Shown here one piece after another: positions 20,365 to 31,041 of a stretch of DNA of 64,000 bases. The stretch spans positions 992,001 to 1,056,000 of the forward strand of contig CBDDDZ010000005.1 of the NCBI GenBank assembly GCA_965226795.1. The letters are read 5' to 3'. The DNA comes from Candidatus Latescibacterota bacterium. Lineage in GTDB: Bacteria > Latescibacterota > UBA2968 > GCA-2709665. Made by a program: the position numbers and the translations under genes. Under the pieces are notes generated by a model. The model made no database searches, was not told the DNA's origin, and saw only the letters and a program-made list of their open reading frames with translations. The stretch's first letter is position 1, and the number at the start of each line of letters is the position of its first letter.

Positions 20365-21636
20365 ATGAAGAAAATGACCGATTTGTTCAATAAGCCTGAC
20401 GATGTGTTTCGCGTTGTGCACACTGCCGATTGGCATCTGGGAAAGACGCTGAACGATCAATCCCGGGACGAGGAGCACGGCAAGTTCTTGGACTGGCTGC
20501 TCGGGGTTATTGAGAAACGCGAAGTCGACGCTTTGATTATTGCAGGGGACGTATTCGACGCCGCAAACCCGCCTCAGTCCGCACTGTCCCGATATTACGA
20601 TTTCGTGTCCAAACTCTACAGGAAAACCGCGTGTTCGCTCGTCGTGATTGGAGGGAACCACGATTCGCCCTTACAACTGGAAGCACCGCGGGAGGTGCTG
20701 CGCGCGCTGAGGGTTCATGTGGTGGGTTTCCTTCCCGAGGATCCCGGCGACCGCCTCATTGTTCTTCCGTCGCCTGACAATCCGCGCCTGGTGATCGCGG
20801 CCATACCCTTTCTGCGTGACAGAGATATCCGAACGGGATACGCCGGTCAGGATGCGGAAGACATTCGAAGAGCGATTACCGAGGGCATAGCGCAGCGTTA
20901 CGCGGAGACCGCAAGAACCGCCGCCAAGTGGGCCGAAAAAGGTGTACCGATATTGGTAACAGGCCACCTCACTGTCTTGGGCGCGACAAAATCGGATAGC
21001 GAAAGGGAAATCCATATTGGTGGTCTTGGTGCCGTTGCTCCAGACGCCTTTCCAGATATCTGTACTTATGTTGCCCTCGGACATCTACACCGACCACAAG
21101 AACCATATAGCCGCGTATGTTATTCCGGATCTCCCATTGCGTTAAGCTTCAGCGAAGCAAATGATACCAAAGAAATCCAAATCCTAGATTTCGCAGACGG
21201 CAACTTAAAAGCACACACGCCAATTCCTGTGCCAGTATTCCGCAGATTGGCGCAGATTCGCACATCATGGGGAGATCTATCGCAAGCAATCAGCAAATTT
21301 AGCCCGGACAGTGGCGAACTGAAAACTTGGGTCGAGGTCGTTGTCAAAGATGCGAGCTCTAGTGAGGATATCAACGAAACGGTACAAAGTTTGGTGGCAG
21401 AGCTGGATTTTATGGTGTTAAAAGTAATGAGAGAAAGGGCGACTCCGCTGCAGGGCATGCGTATTGGGGACGATTCGGATGACGAAGCAATCGAGACAGT
21501 CCTCGATAATCCCGTGCGCGTATTCGAACACCGATTGGATGAAGAAGCCAACTTGGACGACGAACGCAAGCGGGAACTCAAAATCGCTTTTGCTCAGCTA
21601 CTCAATCTCCACCAGACGGAGAGCACGGACACATGA
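20365..21636 (+). CDS. sbcD: Exonuclease SbcD (Mre11-like)
   Basis: HTADWHLG, AGDVFD, GGNHDS, ALGHLH, YSGSP. Confidence 0.92.
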   Translation: MKKMTDLFNKPDDVFRVVHTADWHLGKTLNDQSRDEEHGKFLDWLLGVIEKREVDALIIAGDVFDAANPPQSALSRYYDFVSKLYRKTACSLVVIGGNHDSPLQLEAPREVLRALRVHVVGFLPEDPGDRLIVLPSPDNPRLVIAAIPFLRDRDIRTGYAGQDAEDIRRAITEGIAQRYAETARTAAKWAEKGVPILVTGHLTVLGATKSDSEREIHIGGLGAVAPDAFPDICTYVALGHLHRPQEPYSRVCYSGSPIALSFSEANDTKEIQILDFADGNLKAHTPIPVPVFRRLAQIRTSWGDLSQAISKFSPDSGELKTWVEVVVKDASSSEDINETVQSLVAELDFMVLKVMRERATPLQGMRIGDDSDDEAIETVLDNPVRVFEHRLDEEANLDDERKRELKIAFAQLLNLHQTESTDT

Positions 21637-24563
21637 AAATCGATCGAATCATCCTCAATAATCTGAATTCTCTACGCGGCGAACATACAATCGACCTGAC
21701 CGTTGAACCGCTTTCAACCGCGGGCTTGTTTGCGATTACGGGACCGACCGGCGCAGGCAAGTCGACATTGCTGGATGCCATCACCCTGGCTCTTTACGGC
21801 CGGGCCGCCCGGTACGGCCGCCGGCCCAATCCCGAAGACATGATGAGCCGCCGTTGCGGCGAATGTTCCGCCGAAGTTGAATTTGAAGTCCCCGCCGGCA
21901 AATACAGGGCCGTCTGGCAACTCCGGCGTGCAAAAGTTAGAGCGGCTGGAAAGGTTCAGGCGCCGAGACGATATGTATATGATATGGACGGCGTTACGCT
22001 CGCACAGCAGGTGCGTGAGTGCGACAATAAGATCCTCGACCTGACAGGGCTAGACTACGACCGCTTTGTACGAAGCGTTATGCTCGCACAGGGCGAGTTC
22101 GCGCGGTTCCTGAAAGCCGGCGCAGATGAACGCGCTGAACTTCTGGAATGCCTCACGGGGACGGAGATATATTCCGACCTGGGCATTCTTGCCCACAAGG
22201 AAGCAACACGCAGTGAGAATGATCTGATGCTCAAACAGCAACTGCTCGAACAAATCGAGATCCTTGAAGATGAAGAGCGCAGAGAAGTCGAAGATCATGT
22301 CACAGAGTTAAAAAGAGACAGACGTGTGGTGGAAAAAGACCTCGATGAAAAATCTGCAATTGTCACAAGCGTTGATAAACTTGCATCGGCATTGACGCGA
22401 CGGACGGAAATAAATGAAAGTTTGAAAGATCTGGAAGCAAGTCAGAGAGATGCCGAACCCGATTTGAAACTCCTCACACGACACCGCGAGACGGTTCCCT
22501 TTCAGGCCAACCTCATTCGACTCCAAAATGCTGAATATACGGCACAAAACAGTCAAGAGAACAGACAAGTAGCACAAGACGAGCGCGAAGAAAGATATGT
22601 CCAATATCAGCAAGCAAGAATGAACTATCATAGAACTTTGAAAAATGAGATCGCCGAACAAGAATCGACAATCCAAGATGCCAAAGCTCGTGCGCGTAAA
22701 GCCAACAAAACTTCTATAGCAGAAAAGGAGTGGCTGGAAGCCCACCGGATAGACGCCGACCTTTCAGCCCACATCGCAGATCTGGCAGCTAATCTGACAG
22801 AACTAAAATCCAAACGGGCAACGCTGCTGCGGGAATTGGAACAGGTATGCGACATAACATCCGTATTGGAATCTGGCGTGATAGAACCGTTGTCACTTGA
22901 AAATACAAAAGGAGAAGAGCTAAGTACGATCCTTAGTGCAATTGCAGAAAGACTTGCGGAAGAACTTAAAAATGCCCGAGATGAGCGCACTTCTGCCGAG
23001 AAAGATCTCGGTCTTCGTAAGGATCATTTACAGAAGGCCCGATTGATTGCAAACTACGATACACATCGCTCTTCCCTTGCAAAAGGTGAACCATGTCCAC
23101 TTTGTGGTGCAACCGAGCATCCTTATGCGGAAGGCGACGAGCCCAGTTTTGCATTTGAAGAACTGCAACTGGAAGTCGCGAGAGCGGAGGAAACGCGCAA
23201 CGCCCAGACCGATCGCGTCTCGAAACTCTCTGACGCGATCGGTAAACTGACGTCTCAACAAACTGTTGCTATTAGAGTACGTCAAGATTTGACGGTATAC
23301 GAAGCCGAGCTTCTGGAGCGCCTCCACGTTTTTGAGGTCGCATTGCCAGAGGAAGGCAAGGAGGAGGAAACGCGAAAATCCCTTCAAGAACGCGAAAAGG
23401 CGTATCAAACACATCGGGAAAATTTCCACGACACCGAAGAAGCTGCAACACACGCAAGAGAAGATGAGTACAAGGCTCAGGACTTGCTTGAGAAGCGGGC
23501 TCGTGATCTTCAACAACTCGACGTATTTGATACTGAAGATGTTGAAGTCGTTAGCGATGTGGTTGAACGGCTCAGTGTAGAAGAGGCACGGCAGGATTGG
23601 TCGGACAAAAAAACCAAATTGGAAATTCAAGAGGCTGAACTCAGAGCCCAGTTAAGGAACGAGGAAGCCGCGCGAAAATCTCTGAAAGAAATCCAAGAAC
23701 GACTAATGTCGGCGATAGACAGTTCCGATTTCCAAAATCTGGATGATCTGCGCGACGCAAGTTTGGATCAAGAAGAAGCCGACCGTATCGAACAAATCGA
23801 AATCGATTTCAAAAACAGAAAACACGATCTAACCACCCGGCTGGAAGTTGCAAAAGAAGAAATCGAATCCCTTCGAGAAGCCGAAATTCCAGAAGGAGAT
23901 GAGGCAGAACAGTTTAAAGCAGAATATGAAAAATCAAAAAATAACCGAGATATACTCATCGAAAAGCTTACTACCCAGCAAAATCGGGTTGAAATGGACG
24001 ACAAGAACCGCCGGAAATTCGCCGATCGGAAGGAATTATTGGAAAAGGCACAAAAGGACGCGGCCATCTGGGACCGTTTGCGTTTGTTGATAGGCTCTCA
24101 CGATGGTGCGAAATTTCGCAAATATGCACAGAGTATATCTCTGGATATACTCATTCGTCACGCCAACCAGCACCTGAGCCGCTTGAGCGATCGTTACCGA
24201 ATTCAGAGGCTTTCAGGGGAGGAACTTCAACTTGAGATCGAAGATTTGCACCAGGCAGGAGTCACGCGGCCCATGACTAGTCTTTCCGGCGGCGAAAGCT
24301 TTCTTGCCAGCCTGGCGCTTGCCCTTGGCCTCTCTGAATTGGCAGGAAGAAATGTCCGTATTGATTCGCTTTTTATCGATGAAGGATTCGGCAGTCTGGA
24401 TTCGGAAGTTCTTGATCTCGCCATTGGAACCCTTGAAGCATTGCATCAGCATAATAAAAGTGTGGGCGTGATATCACACGTCGAGCTGCTAAAGCAGCGT
24501 ATCACAACGCAGATCAGAGTGATAAAACAAACGGCCGGCGACAGCGTCCTGGAAATCGTCTGA
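21633..24563 (+). CDS. sbcC: SMC-like ATPase SbcC (Rad50-like)
   Basis: ITGPTGAGKS, QGEF, long coiled coil with zinc hook CPLCG, LSGGE, FIDEGFGSLD, ISH. ATGA overlap with sbcD. Confidence 0.92.
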   Translation: MKIDRIILNNLNSLRGEHTIDLTVEPLSTAGLFAITGPTGAGKSTLLDAITLALYGRAARYGRRPNPEDMMSRRCGECSAEVEFEVPAGKYRAVWQLRRAKVRAAGKVQAPRRYVYDMDGVTLAQQVRECDNKILDLTGLDYDRFVRSVMLAQGEFARFLKAGADERAELLECLTGTEIYSDLGILAHKEATRSENDLMLKQQLLEQIEILEDEERREVEDHVTELKRDRRVVEKDLDEKSAIVTSVDKLASALTRRTEINESLKDLEASQRDAEPDLKLLTRHRETVPFQANLIRLQNAEYTAQNSQENRQVAQDEREERYVQYQQARMNYHRTLKNEIAEQESTIQDAKARARKANKTSIAEKEWLEAHRIDADLSAHIADLAANLTELKSKRATLLRELEQVCDITSVLESGVIEPLSLENTKGEELSTILSAIAERLAEELKNARDERTSAEKDLGLRKDHLQKARLIANYDTHRSSLAKGEPCPLCGATEHPYAEGDEPSFAFEELQLEVARAEETRNAQTDRVSKLSDAIGKLTSQQTVAIRVRQDLTVYEAELLERLHVFEVALPEEGKEEETRKSLQEREKAYQTHRENFHDTEEAATHAREDEYKAQDLLEKRARDLQQLDVFDTEDVEVVSDVVERLSVEEARQDWSDKKTKLEIQEAELRAQLRNEEAARKSLKEIQERLMSAIDSSDFQNLDDLRDASLDQEEADRIEQIEIDFKNRKHDLTTRLEVAKEEIESLREAEIPEGDEAEQFKAEYEKSKNNRDILIEKLTTQQNRVEMDDKNRRKFADRKELLEKAQKDAAIWDRLRLLIGSHDGAKFRKYAQSISLDILIRHANQHLSRLSDRYRIQRLSGEELQLEIEDLHQAGVTRPMTSLSGGESFLASLALALGLSELAGRNVRIDSLFIDEGFGSLDSEVLDLAIGTLEALHQHNKSVGVISHVELLKQRITTQIRVIKQTAGDSVLEIV

Positions 24564-24669
24564 CGCAAGACCTGCCTCGCTCGAATTGTGTCAGTGTTCT
24601 GCGGTGCCCGATTGAGCCGCGCCTGGCTTCGTCGCCATGCTTTTTTGGATTATTTGTAGGGAGAGATGG

Positions 24670-24912
24670 ATGATCCTCAAGATCAACACGCGGCGGCGGG
24701 TGACCATTCCCGAGAGTGTGCTGGATGCACTGGGGATCCGGCCCGGCGACCAGCTTGAGTTGGAAGAGCGCCCGGACGGATTTTTCCTGCGGTCCCGGCA
24801 AGTCGACCCCAACCGGCTTGCGCCCTTGCGCGACAAGCTTGAACGCGGCCGCGGCGAGTTCAAACTATGGTCGTTCCGCGATCAACGGCATGATCCATCG
24901 CTTCGGAATTAA
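24670..24912 (+). CDS. AbrB/MazE family antitoxin (orphan)
   Basis: KINTRRRVTIPESVLDALGIRPGDQLEL. An overlapping ATG at 24890 gives only a VapC-like stub (MIHRFGIN). Confidence 0.8.
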   Translation: MILKINTRRRVTIPESVLDALGIRPGDQLELEERPDGFFLRSRQVDPNRLAPLRDKLERGRGEFKLWSFRDQRHDPSLRN

Positions 24913-24986
24913 TGCGATTGACATACTAAACTATCGGATGCCGCAAAAGTGTCATGTAGATATAAAGGGTTTTTGGGGAAAATGGC

Positions 24987-25015
24987 TTGACATGCGGGAT
25001 CAGTGGACATACTTT
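24987..25015 (+). promoter_or_regulatory. Sigma70-like promoter
   Basis: TTGACA-17 nt-TACTTT upstream of a GGAGG RBS and the ATG at 25061. Confidence 0.55.
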
Positions 25016-25060
25016 TTTACATACCCGTCGGAAACGTTCCCCCATAAAGGGAGGTAGGAC

Positions 25061-25588
25061 ATGCCCGTAGTCTTAGATATGTCGTGTATGTCGCAGGTTG
25101 CTTCTATCTGGGCGCAAGGCGATACGCTTCCTATTAGCGGGAAAGAGGGGCAAATAAGAGACCTGAAGCGAAGGATGGCCAATTTTAGAGAACTATCTTC
25201 CAGGACGAGGGAAGCTTTGAGTCAGTTTGATTCTCTGATCCTCGAAGCCGTCGGAGAATTGAGAAGGGGATTGGATTTCCTGGAGAAAAACCCGGAAGAA
25301 TATCTGGGTCTGTGTAATGGTGATGCGAAAACTGCAATCGAGGGGATGAATAGCGGAGAAGCCATGGCAAAGGAAATGATCGATGAGATTTCCCCGATGT
25401 TAGAGTTATTCGAGGAATTCGATGAGCCACTATTCGATTCAACTAAGGGGGTCATGGACAATCTTCGGTCGCTTGCAGCATTGATTCGAGAAATTCGATG
25501 GTATATCATAATTCTCCGTAGGAAAAACGAGCCTGCAACTGGAGGCATCTATTCAGTGGATGAAGCGATCGCCCAGCTGCGGGGTTGA
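25061..25588 (+). CDS. Hypothetical acidic helical protein, putative antitoxin
   Basis: Strong RBS. C-terminal YSVDEAIAQLRG resembles ParD/RelB-type antitoxin tails. Overlaps the toxin gene by 4 nt. Confidence 0.6.
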   Translation: MPVVLDMSCMSQVASIWAQGDTLPISGKEGQIRDLKRRMANFRELSSRTREALSQFDSLILEAVGELRRGLDFLEKNPEEYLGLCNGDAKTAIEGMNSGEAMAKEMIDEISPMLELFEEFDEPLFDSTKGVMDNLRSLAALIREIRWYIIILRRKNEPATGGIYSVDEAIAQLRG

Positions 25589-25899
25589 ATGTGCATGGGT
25601 ATCGATTTCCACCCATAGAACAAATAGAGTACCACAACAATAGCGTCGAGAAATCTGCCAGAAAACTACCCCCAAACACAAGAAACAATCTTGGGAGATT
25701 TTACAAAGAACTCCAGGAGCAAGTCGTTCTGCCGGGAAGGAGGCTCAAGAAGATAGACGATGTTTGGACCGCTCGCATTGGGAAAAAACATCGAATAGGA
25801 TTTGTGATCGAAGAAAACAATGCTCGAATTCTATACATAGAATCACATGATGAATCTGACAGATATTTGGATAGGGTTCGATCCGGAACAAACACATAA
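25585..25899 (+). CDS. RelE/ParE family toxin
   Basis: KSARKLP...LKKIDDVWTARIGKKHRIGF...ILYIESHDE. Confidence 0.7.
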   Translation: MNVHGYRFPPIEQIEYHNNSVEKSARKLPPNTRNNLGRFYKELQEQVVLPGRRLKKIDDVWTARIGKKHRIGFVIEENNARILYIESHDESDRYLDRVRSGTNT

Positions 25900-26055
25900 A
25901 TCAAGTGGCTCCCAGAATACCGCCCACGTCCAGAAGGCTTAAGGCAGGCGGTTTTTTAATGTACGAAAATAACGCCGGGCGATTGCCACCTATCACGTGA
26001 ACGGGGGGTCCATGTCGAAGAAGCGCAAGCAGTATATCCCGAAATTATACATTTT

Positions 26056-27903
26056 CTACTTTCCATACCATCCCGCCTGCAGGGCCCACATTCGTGCGTA
26101 CTCTCCGCCCTTGGATATCAGATCATCGTGGGTGCCGTCTTCGATCAGCCGCCCTTCCTTGAGGACGAGTATCCGGTCGCACATCCGCGCTGAGCCGAGG
26201 CGATGAGAGACCACGATCGTGGTTCTCCCGCCGGCCATGGCAAGAAAGCGGCGGAATACGTCGGCCTCGGCCTTCGGATCCAGGGAGGCGGTCGGTTCGT
26301 CGAGGACGACGAGGTCGGCGTCCCGCATGAAGCCCCTGGAAATCGCAACCCGCTGCCACTCCCCGCCTGACAACTCCGTGCCGCCTTCAAACTCCCTGCC
26401 AAGCAGGGTATCGTAGCCCTCCGGGAGCCGGCTGGCCACGGCGTCCGCTCCGCCCCGGCGCGCCGCGGTTTCGATTTCGGCCTGCTCTCGCATCCGCTCC
26501 CAGCGACCGAAACCGATGTTCTCTCCCAAAGTGAAGGCGAAACGGGTATAATCCTGGAAGACCGCCGTTGACTGGTCCCGGAACTGGTGGCGGTTTGCCC
26601 GTTCCGCCGGGAGGTCGCCGTAAAAAAGCTCGCCGGTGGTGGGGTGGAACAGCCCCAGCAGGAGCTTGACTAGGGTGGTTTTGCCTGAGCCGTTCGCGCC
26701 AACCAGGGCCACGCGCTCTCCCGGACGGATGGTTAGGGTGACTTCCTGGAGAGCGTAGCGCTGCGACTGAGGATAGCGGAAGGAAAGGCCCCGAGCGACG
26801 ATTGGCGTCCTGTCGAGGGAGGTGACGGCCGCGCCCCCTGGGGGCTCTTCCGGGCCCAGATCCAGGTAGATGAACAGGTCGGCGATGTTCAACAGCCGGA
26901 TTCCAAGGTAGCCGATCCGGGAGATGACCCGGTCGACGCTCTGGCGCACCTGGCGCAGAGCGACGATCATGGCGGCGAACTGTCCCGCCGACAGCCCACC
27001 CTCAAGGACCGCCCACGCCGACCAGCCAACGCCGGCGGCGAACGCGAGGAGGCTGAGAGCCGACAGGACCCCTCGTAGGGCCCAGTTCCTGCGAAGTTGC
27101 TGATAGATGGCCTTGGCAACTCGCCAGTAGAGGTACACCCACCAGCCGGTCAGGGCGGGACCCAGGCCGAACACCCGCACCTCGTTGGCGGCCTCCCGCT
27201 CCGTTAGCGTCCTTTCCAGGTACCCGCGCAGCCGCTGCGCCTGCGTCGACCGTCGAAACGTGTAAAACCTGCCGCGGTCGTGAATCATGCACATGAGGGG
27301 AGGCGGTAATGAGACCAGCACGACGGCGACGAGGAGTACCGGGTTCCAGAGCCCGACAACGGTGGCGACGGAGACCGCGGTCACGGTTCCCGTAAAGATT
27401 GTACGGATTTCGCCGAAGAGGTTCAGGAAAAAGCCGGGTTTGGCTGCCTCCTGGGCACGGCGCAGGAGGTCGTGGAAGTCGGCCCGCTCGAAGGTCTCCA
27501 GGTGAAGCGCCCGGGACTTGACCTGGAGTTGTTCAAGCAGCCGATCCTCCAGTTCTTGCTTCACTCGCTCGAGCAAAATCAATCGGGTCCAGGTTTGAAT
27601 GCCGGTTTCTTTCACGATAACGGCCGCCCACAGGGCCAGCCACGGAAGCATGGTACTGACCGGTAGCTGGCCCTCGTAGATGCCGAGGCCACGGTCGAAC
27701 AGTTCCCGTACGATCCAGACCATCGCGGCCGGCAGCACACCTACCCCGAGATCCAGCCCCAGTGCGGCGATGGCCCTCCCCGGCTCGGCTCGGATCATCC
27801 AGCCCAGGAATCGGAGGAGGGTACGGGGCCCGCGAGGGCCCGTCGGAATGGGATCGGGTTCTACCGGTACCACGATGCCTGTTCCTCCCACATGCCGGCG
27901 CAC
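26056..27903 (-). CDS. ABC exporter, fused permease/ATPase subunit
   Basis: Transmembrane N-half, GANGSGKT, LSGGEWQR, VVLDEPT, SHRL. Confidence 0.9.
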   Translation of the reverse strand: MRRHVGGTGIVVPVEPDPIPTGPRGPRTLLRFLGWMIRAEPGRAIAALGLDLGVGVLPAAMVWIVRELFDRGLGIYEGQLPVSTMLPWLALWAAVIVKETGIQTWTRLILLERVKQELEDRLLEQLQVKSRALHLETFERADFHDLLRRAQEAAKPGFFLNLFGEIRTIFTGTVTAVSVATVVGLWNPVLLVAVVLVSLPPPLMCMIHDRGRFYTFRRSTQAQRLRGYLERTLTEREAANEVRVFGLGPALTGWWVYLYWRVAKAIYQQLRRNWALRGVLSALSLLAFAAGVGWSAWAVLEGGLSAGQFAAMIVALRQVRQSVDRVISRIGYLGIRLLNIADLFIYLDLGPEEPPGGAAVTSLDRTPIVARGLSFRYPQSQRYALQEVTLTIRPGERVALVGANGSGKTTLVKLLLGLFHPTTGELFYGDLPAERANRHQFRDQSTAVFQDYTRFAFTLGENIGFGRWERMREQAEIETAARRGGADAVASRLPEGYDTLLGREFEGGTELSGGEWQRVAISRGFMRDADLVVLDEPTASLDPKAEADVFRRFLAMAGGRTTIVVSHRLGSARMCDRILVLKEGRLIEDGTHDDLISKGGEYARMWALQAGWYGK

Positions 27904-29835
27904 ACGCCTCCGGTCGCCAGCAGGTCGTCGTGCCGTCCGTCCTCGACGATGCGACCGTCCCGCAGCACCAGAATACGATCTGCCATGCGCGCGGAGCCGA
28001 GCCGGTGGCTGATCAGAAGGGCGGTTCGCCCCTCGAGGAGTTCGGCGAACTGCCGGTACAGCGCTGCCTCCGCCACGGCATCGAGGGCCGTGGCCGGTTC
28101 GTCGAGAACGAGCAACTCCGGATCACGGGTGAAGGCGCGGGCGATGGCGATGCGCTGCCATTCGCCGCCGGACAGCCCCTTCCCGCCGTCGAGGACGTGC
28201 CCGACGGGGGTGTCGTAGCCATTGGGAAGCCGTTCCGCGAGCTCGTCGGCGCCAGAGCGGCGCGCGGCCTCTCGGACCACCGCTGTGTCCGGTTGCAGCC
28301 AGGTGGGCCATAGTTCGGTGGCCGGCCCCTCCCCCGTGTTACCCAATGTGCCGATGCCGATGGATTGTCCCAGGGTGAGTTCAAACCGGCAGTAGTCCTG
28401 GAAAGCGGCACTTACGGCGTCTGACAGGCTGTCGGGGTCGATATCAGTGTAGTCCCAGACCGTCGGCCGCAACACGTCCCTTGGTCGGCCGGTAGAGACC
28501 GAGAAGGATCCTGGCCAGGGTGGACTTTCCGGCGCCGTTATCGTCGACGAGGGCGACGCGTTCGCCCGGCGCAAGGTGGAAACTGACACCCCGCAGGATG
28601 GGCGGGGCCGAATCCCCTGGAGAGGCTGCCGGGTAGGCAAAGTGGACGTTGTCGACGATAAGCCCACTGTCAATTGGCCTCGGAAACGAGGCGAATGGGG
28701 TTCCCCCTTTTTCACCAGGGGTTCGGGTCTCGGGGTCGACGCCGTCGGACAGGGCGAAGAAATCACGTACGTAACCGACTTCGGCCGAGTGGGCCTGCAG
28801 TTCCCGGGAATTGTGGCCGAGACTGGCGCCCGCGCGCAGCATGTCGTCGACACCCTGAAAAAGCGCCACGAATTGTCCGGGTGTTAGTACCCGGCCTCCG
28901 AGCAGGTATGCGAGGATGCCTGCGACGCCGAGGCCCACAGCGACACGCAACCCCGTGGCCGGCAGGCCTTCGATGACCTGGCGCTGGCGTTGGTCCAACA
29001 GCCGCTCCCTTAGTGCCCGTCGCACCGAGCGCCAGCGTTCGGTGAGTGGCGCGTGCAGGGCGAAGAGGCGCATCTCCTTCTGCTCGGTCCGCCCGGTCAG
29101 AATTCGGTCGAAGTAACCGGCCCTGCGCTCCTCCGGCGTTTCGCCGTAGGTGAAAGCCATGAACATGCGGCTCTGATCCATATCCAGACGAACCTGCGGC
29201 GCCAGTACGGCCAGCAGAACGAGGGTAATCCACGGCGAAACCACGGCGAACATGGCCGCCACGGAGACCGCCTTGATCGCGGCCTCGAATACGTGAAGGG
29301 TCGTGAAGAACAGCCGATCCAGCTTCCGTCCGGGATCCCGGGCCCGCTCCAGGCGGTTGTACGTCTCGCTTACATCGAAAAAAAGCAAGGGGAGCCGCGA
29401 CGAACGTTCCAGAAGTTGTCTGCCCAGGATGTGAGCAAGGTTCTGCTCCATCCGGAGATGGAGGATGTCTCGCACGTTCCAGAGCACTTCTATGGTGGGC
29501 AGCAGAACCAGGCCGAAGGCGATGAGCCAGGGAAGGACGTCGTTGAAGCCTTTGGAGCCGCCACCGGCGGCGTCGACAACGGAATCGACAAGGTTCCTGG
29601 TGACATGGATGAGCAGGGCGGGTTGGATGCCCAGCAGGATGTGCACGGCGATCAGACAAAGAGCGGCACCTTTTGCCTGTTTCCAGATGTGGCTCCAGGC
29701 CCATCGAAGGTTCGAAGTAACCGCACCGACGCTCTGGCGGCGGTTCCAGAATTCCAGGTCAGATCGCGGCAGCAAAGAACGCTCCCTAAAGGTACTCGTG
29801 TACGCGAGAAATCTTACTGGCAGACAGACCGACAA
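27861..29835 (-). pseudogene. ABC exporter, fused permease/ATPase subunit, frameshifted near 28450
   Basis: The TM domain and Walker A (DDNGAGKS) are in ORF 28444-29835. FQDY, LSGGEWQR and LDEP continue in another frame (27861-28853). Confidence 0.8.
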
Positions 29836-29907
29836 AGATAAGTCATCCAGTGTACGATTGCAACGAAAAATACCTCCTAAATAATTGTTTATAAATAATT
29901 TATGTGC

Positions 29908-29936
29908 TTGACATTCAGGCGGTTTTATGTTATATT
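29908..29936 (+). promoter_or_regulatory. Near-consensus sigma70 promoter with extended -10 and AT-rich UP element
   Basis: TTGACA-17 nt-TATATT with TG at the extended -10 position. AT-rich tract at 29878-29903. Confidence 0.7.
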
Positions 29937-29952
29937 ATCTACGTGGGAAATC

Positions 29953-29994
29953 AAAGAGGGAGTTGGAGGCAACCGCCTCCAACTCCCTCTTTTT
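29953..29994 (+). terminator. Intrinsic terminator hairpin (possible 3' end of a ~50 nt sRNA)
   Basis: Perfect 18-bp stem AAAGAGGGAGTTGGAGGC / GCCTCCAACTCCCTCTTT, loop AACC, followed by a T-run. Confidence 0.75.
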
Positions 29995-30353
29995 CGTTTC
30001 TTTAATTCTGCCTTCGTAACCGTCCTGGGCACCAGACCGGAGAGGTATATCGTTCAACTGAAGGCTATACAACGCAATCAGTCGGGTACCGGTGGGGCGG
30101 TTGTCGACGAGTCTGGGCGATTGTCAACCTCCGGTTAGTACGTGTTCTCAGGCTTTTCGTTCACCGCGGTTACAGCTCGTGCTGCACCTTGTCTATCGAC
30201 CAGATCGATCACCCGTTTCGGTGCCTCGATGCCTCCGTCTCATTGAGCGACAACCTGCGACCACGGACGTATATCGGTATTGGGATGGGCACGATGTGGA
30301 AGGCGCCCCGCCGCGTGAACCTTGAACAGAAATCCCGCCAATTCGTCTCCCCT

Positions 30354-30647
30354 TTATAATCGTTCATGCAGATATCGCTCTGCGTAAATATCCAACACTT
30401 TTCGGATCATGCTCTGATAGGGTACGCCATTCTCCCGGGCGCTCGACTTAAAGAAATCGACGCTTCTTTTGTTGAGATCAAGGGTCACCCGCACGGTTTC
30501 ATCTTTCAGGACAAGCTGGTCGGGAGACGGAAGAAAGTCCGGAATCACCTCGGCATGTTCGATTGCTTCCACAAGTTCAGCAAGTGCTTTTTCATATTTC
30601 GTATTGCTTATAACGCTTCCTTCCTTCGCGCCAATAACCTGCGCCAA
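30354..30647 (-). CDS. BrnA/CopG-like antitoxin
   Basis: DFLPSPDQLV...VRVTLDL...VDFFK...GVPYQSMIRKVLD. The probable original ATG reads ATA (ISNTKY). Confidence 0.75.
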   Translation of the reverse strand: MAQVIGAKEGSVISNTKYEKALAELVEAIEHAEVIPDFLPSPDQLVLKDETVRVTLDLNKRSVDFFKSSARENGVPYQSMIRKVLDIYAERYLHERL

Positions 30648-30879
30648 AAATGCGAATTTTGCCGTTCCGGTACGTAAAACGGGCGGTCAATATTCAATCC
30701 TCAACCAGTCCGAAACAGAAATACCGCGTTTCGTCGGATGTGCTATGTTAACGATCAATGGCGTTTATACGATACGGGTCCATAAACACAAGCCGGGCCC
30801 TGGCAAATGTGACACCGTGTCTGACCCGGTTGAAGCGGTCCTTTTGGTCATCCCGCTCAAATACAGGGTTCGTCTTCAT
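30592..30879 (-). pseudogene. BrnT toxin pseudogene
   Basis: Manual translation: MKTNPVFERDDQKDRFNRVRHGVTF...FMDP...DR*HSTSDETRYFCFG..D*ILTARFTYRNGKIRIFGAGYWREGRK, with two in-frame stops (TAA, TGA). Confidence 0.8.
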
Positions 30880-31041
30880 TCAATCTCATAAAAATATACA
30901 CATATATCTGTAGTTTATGTCAAGACCGTTTTCACACCAAATTGGGATTCCGTCTCACCGGAGACGGGAGCTGCGTGAGCATCCCTATGCTGAGGCTGCG
31001 CGCAAACGTGGTCATTGCGTGCGTTGCCTGTGCTGACTGCA

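Noticed and set aside
30592..30879. Selenocysteine or readthrough explanation for the brnT stops
   Set aside because: One stop is TAA and neither lies at a Cys/redox position, so this is ordinary pseudogenisation.
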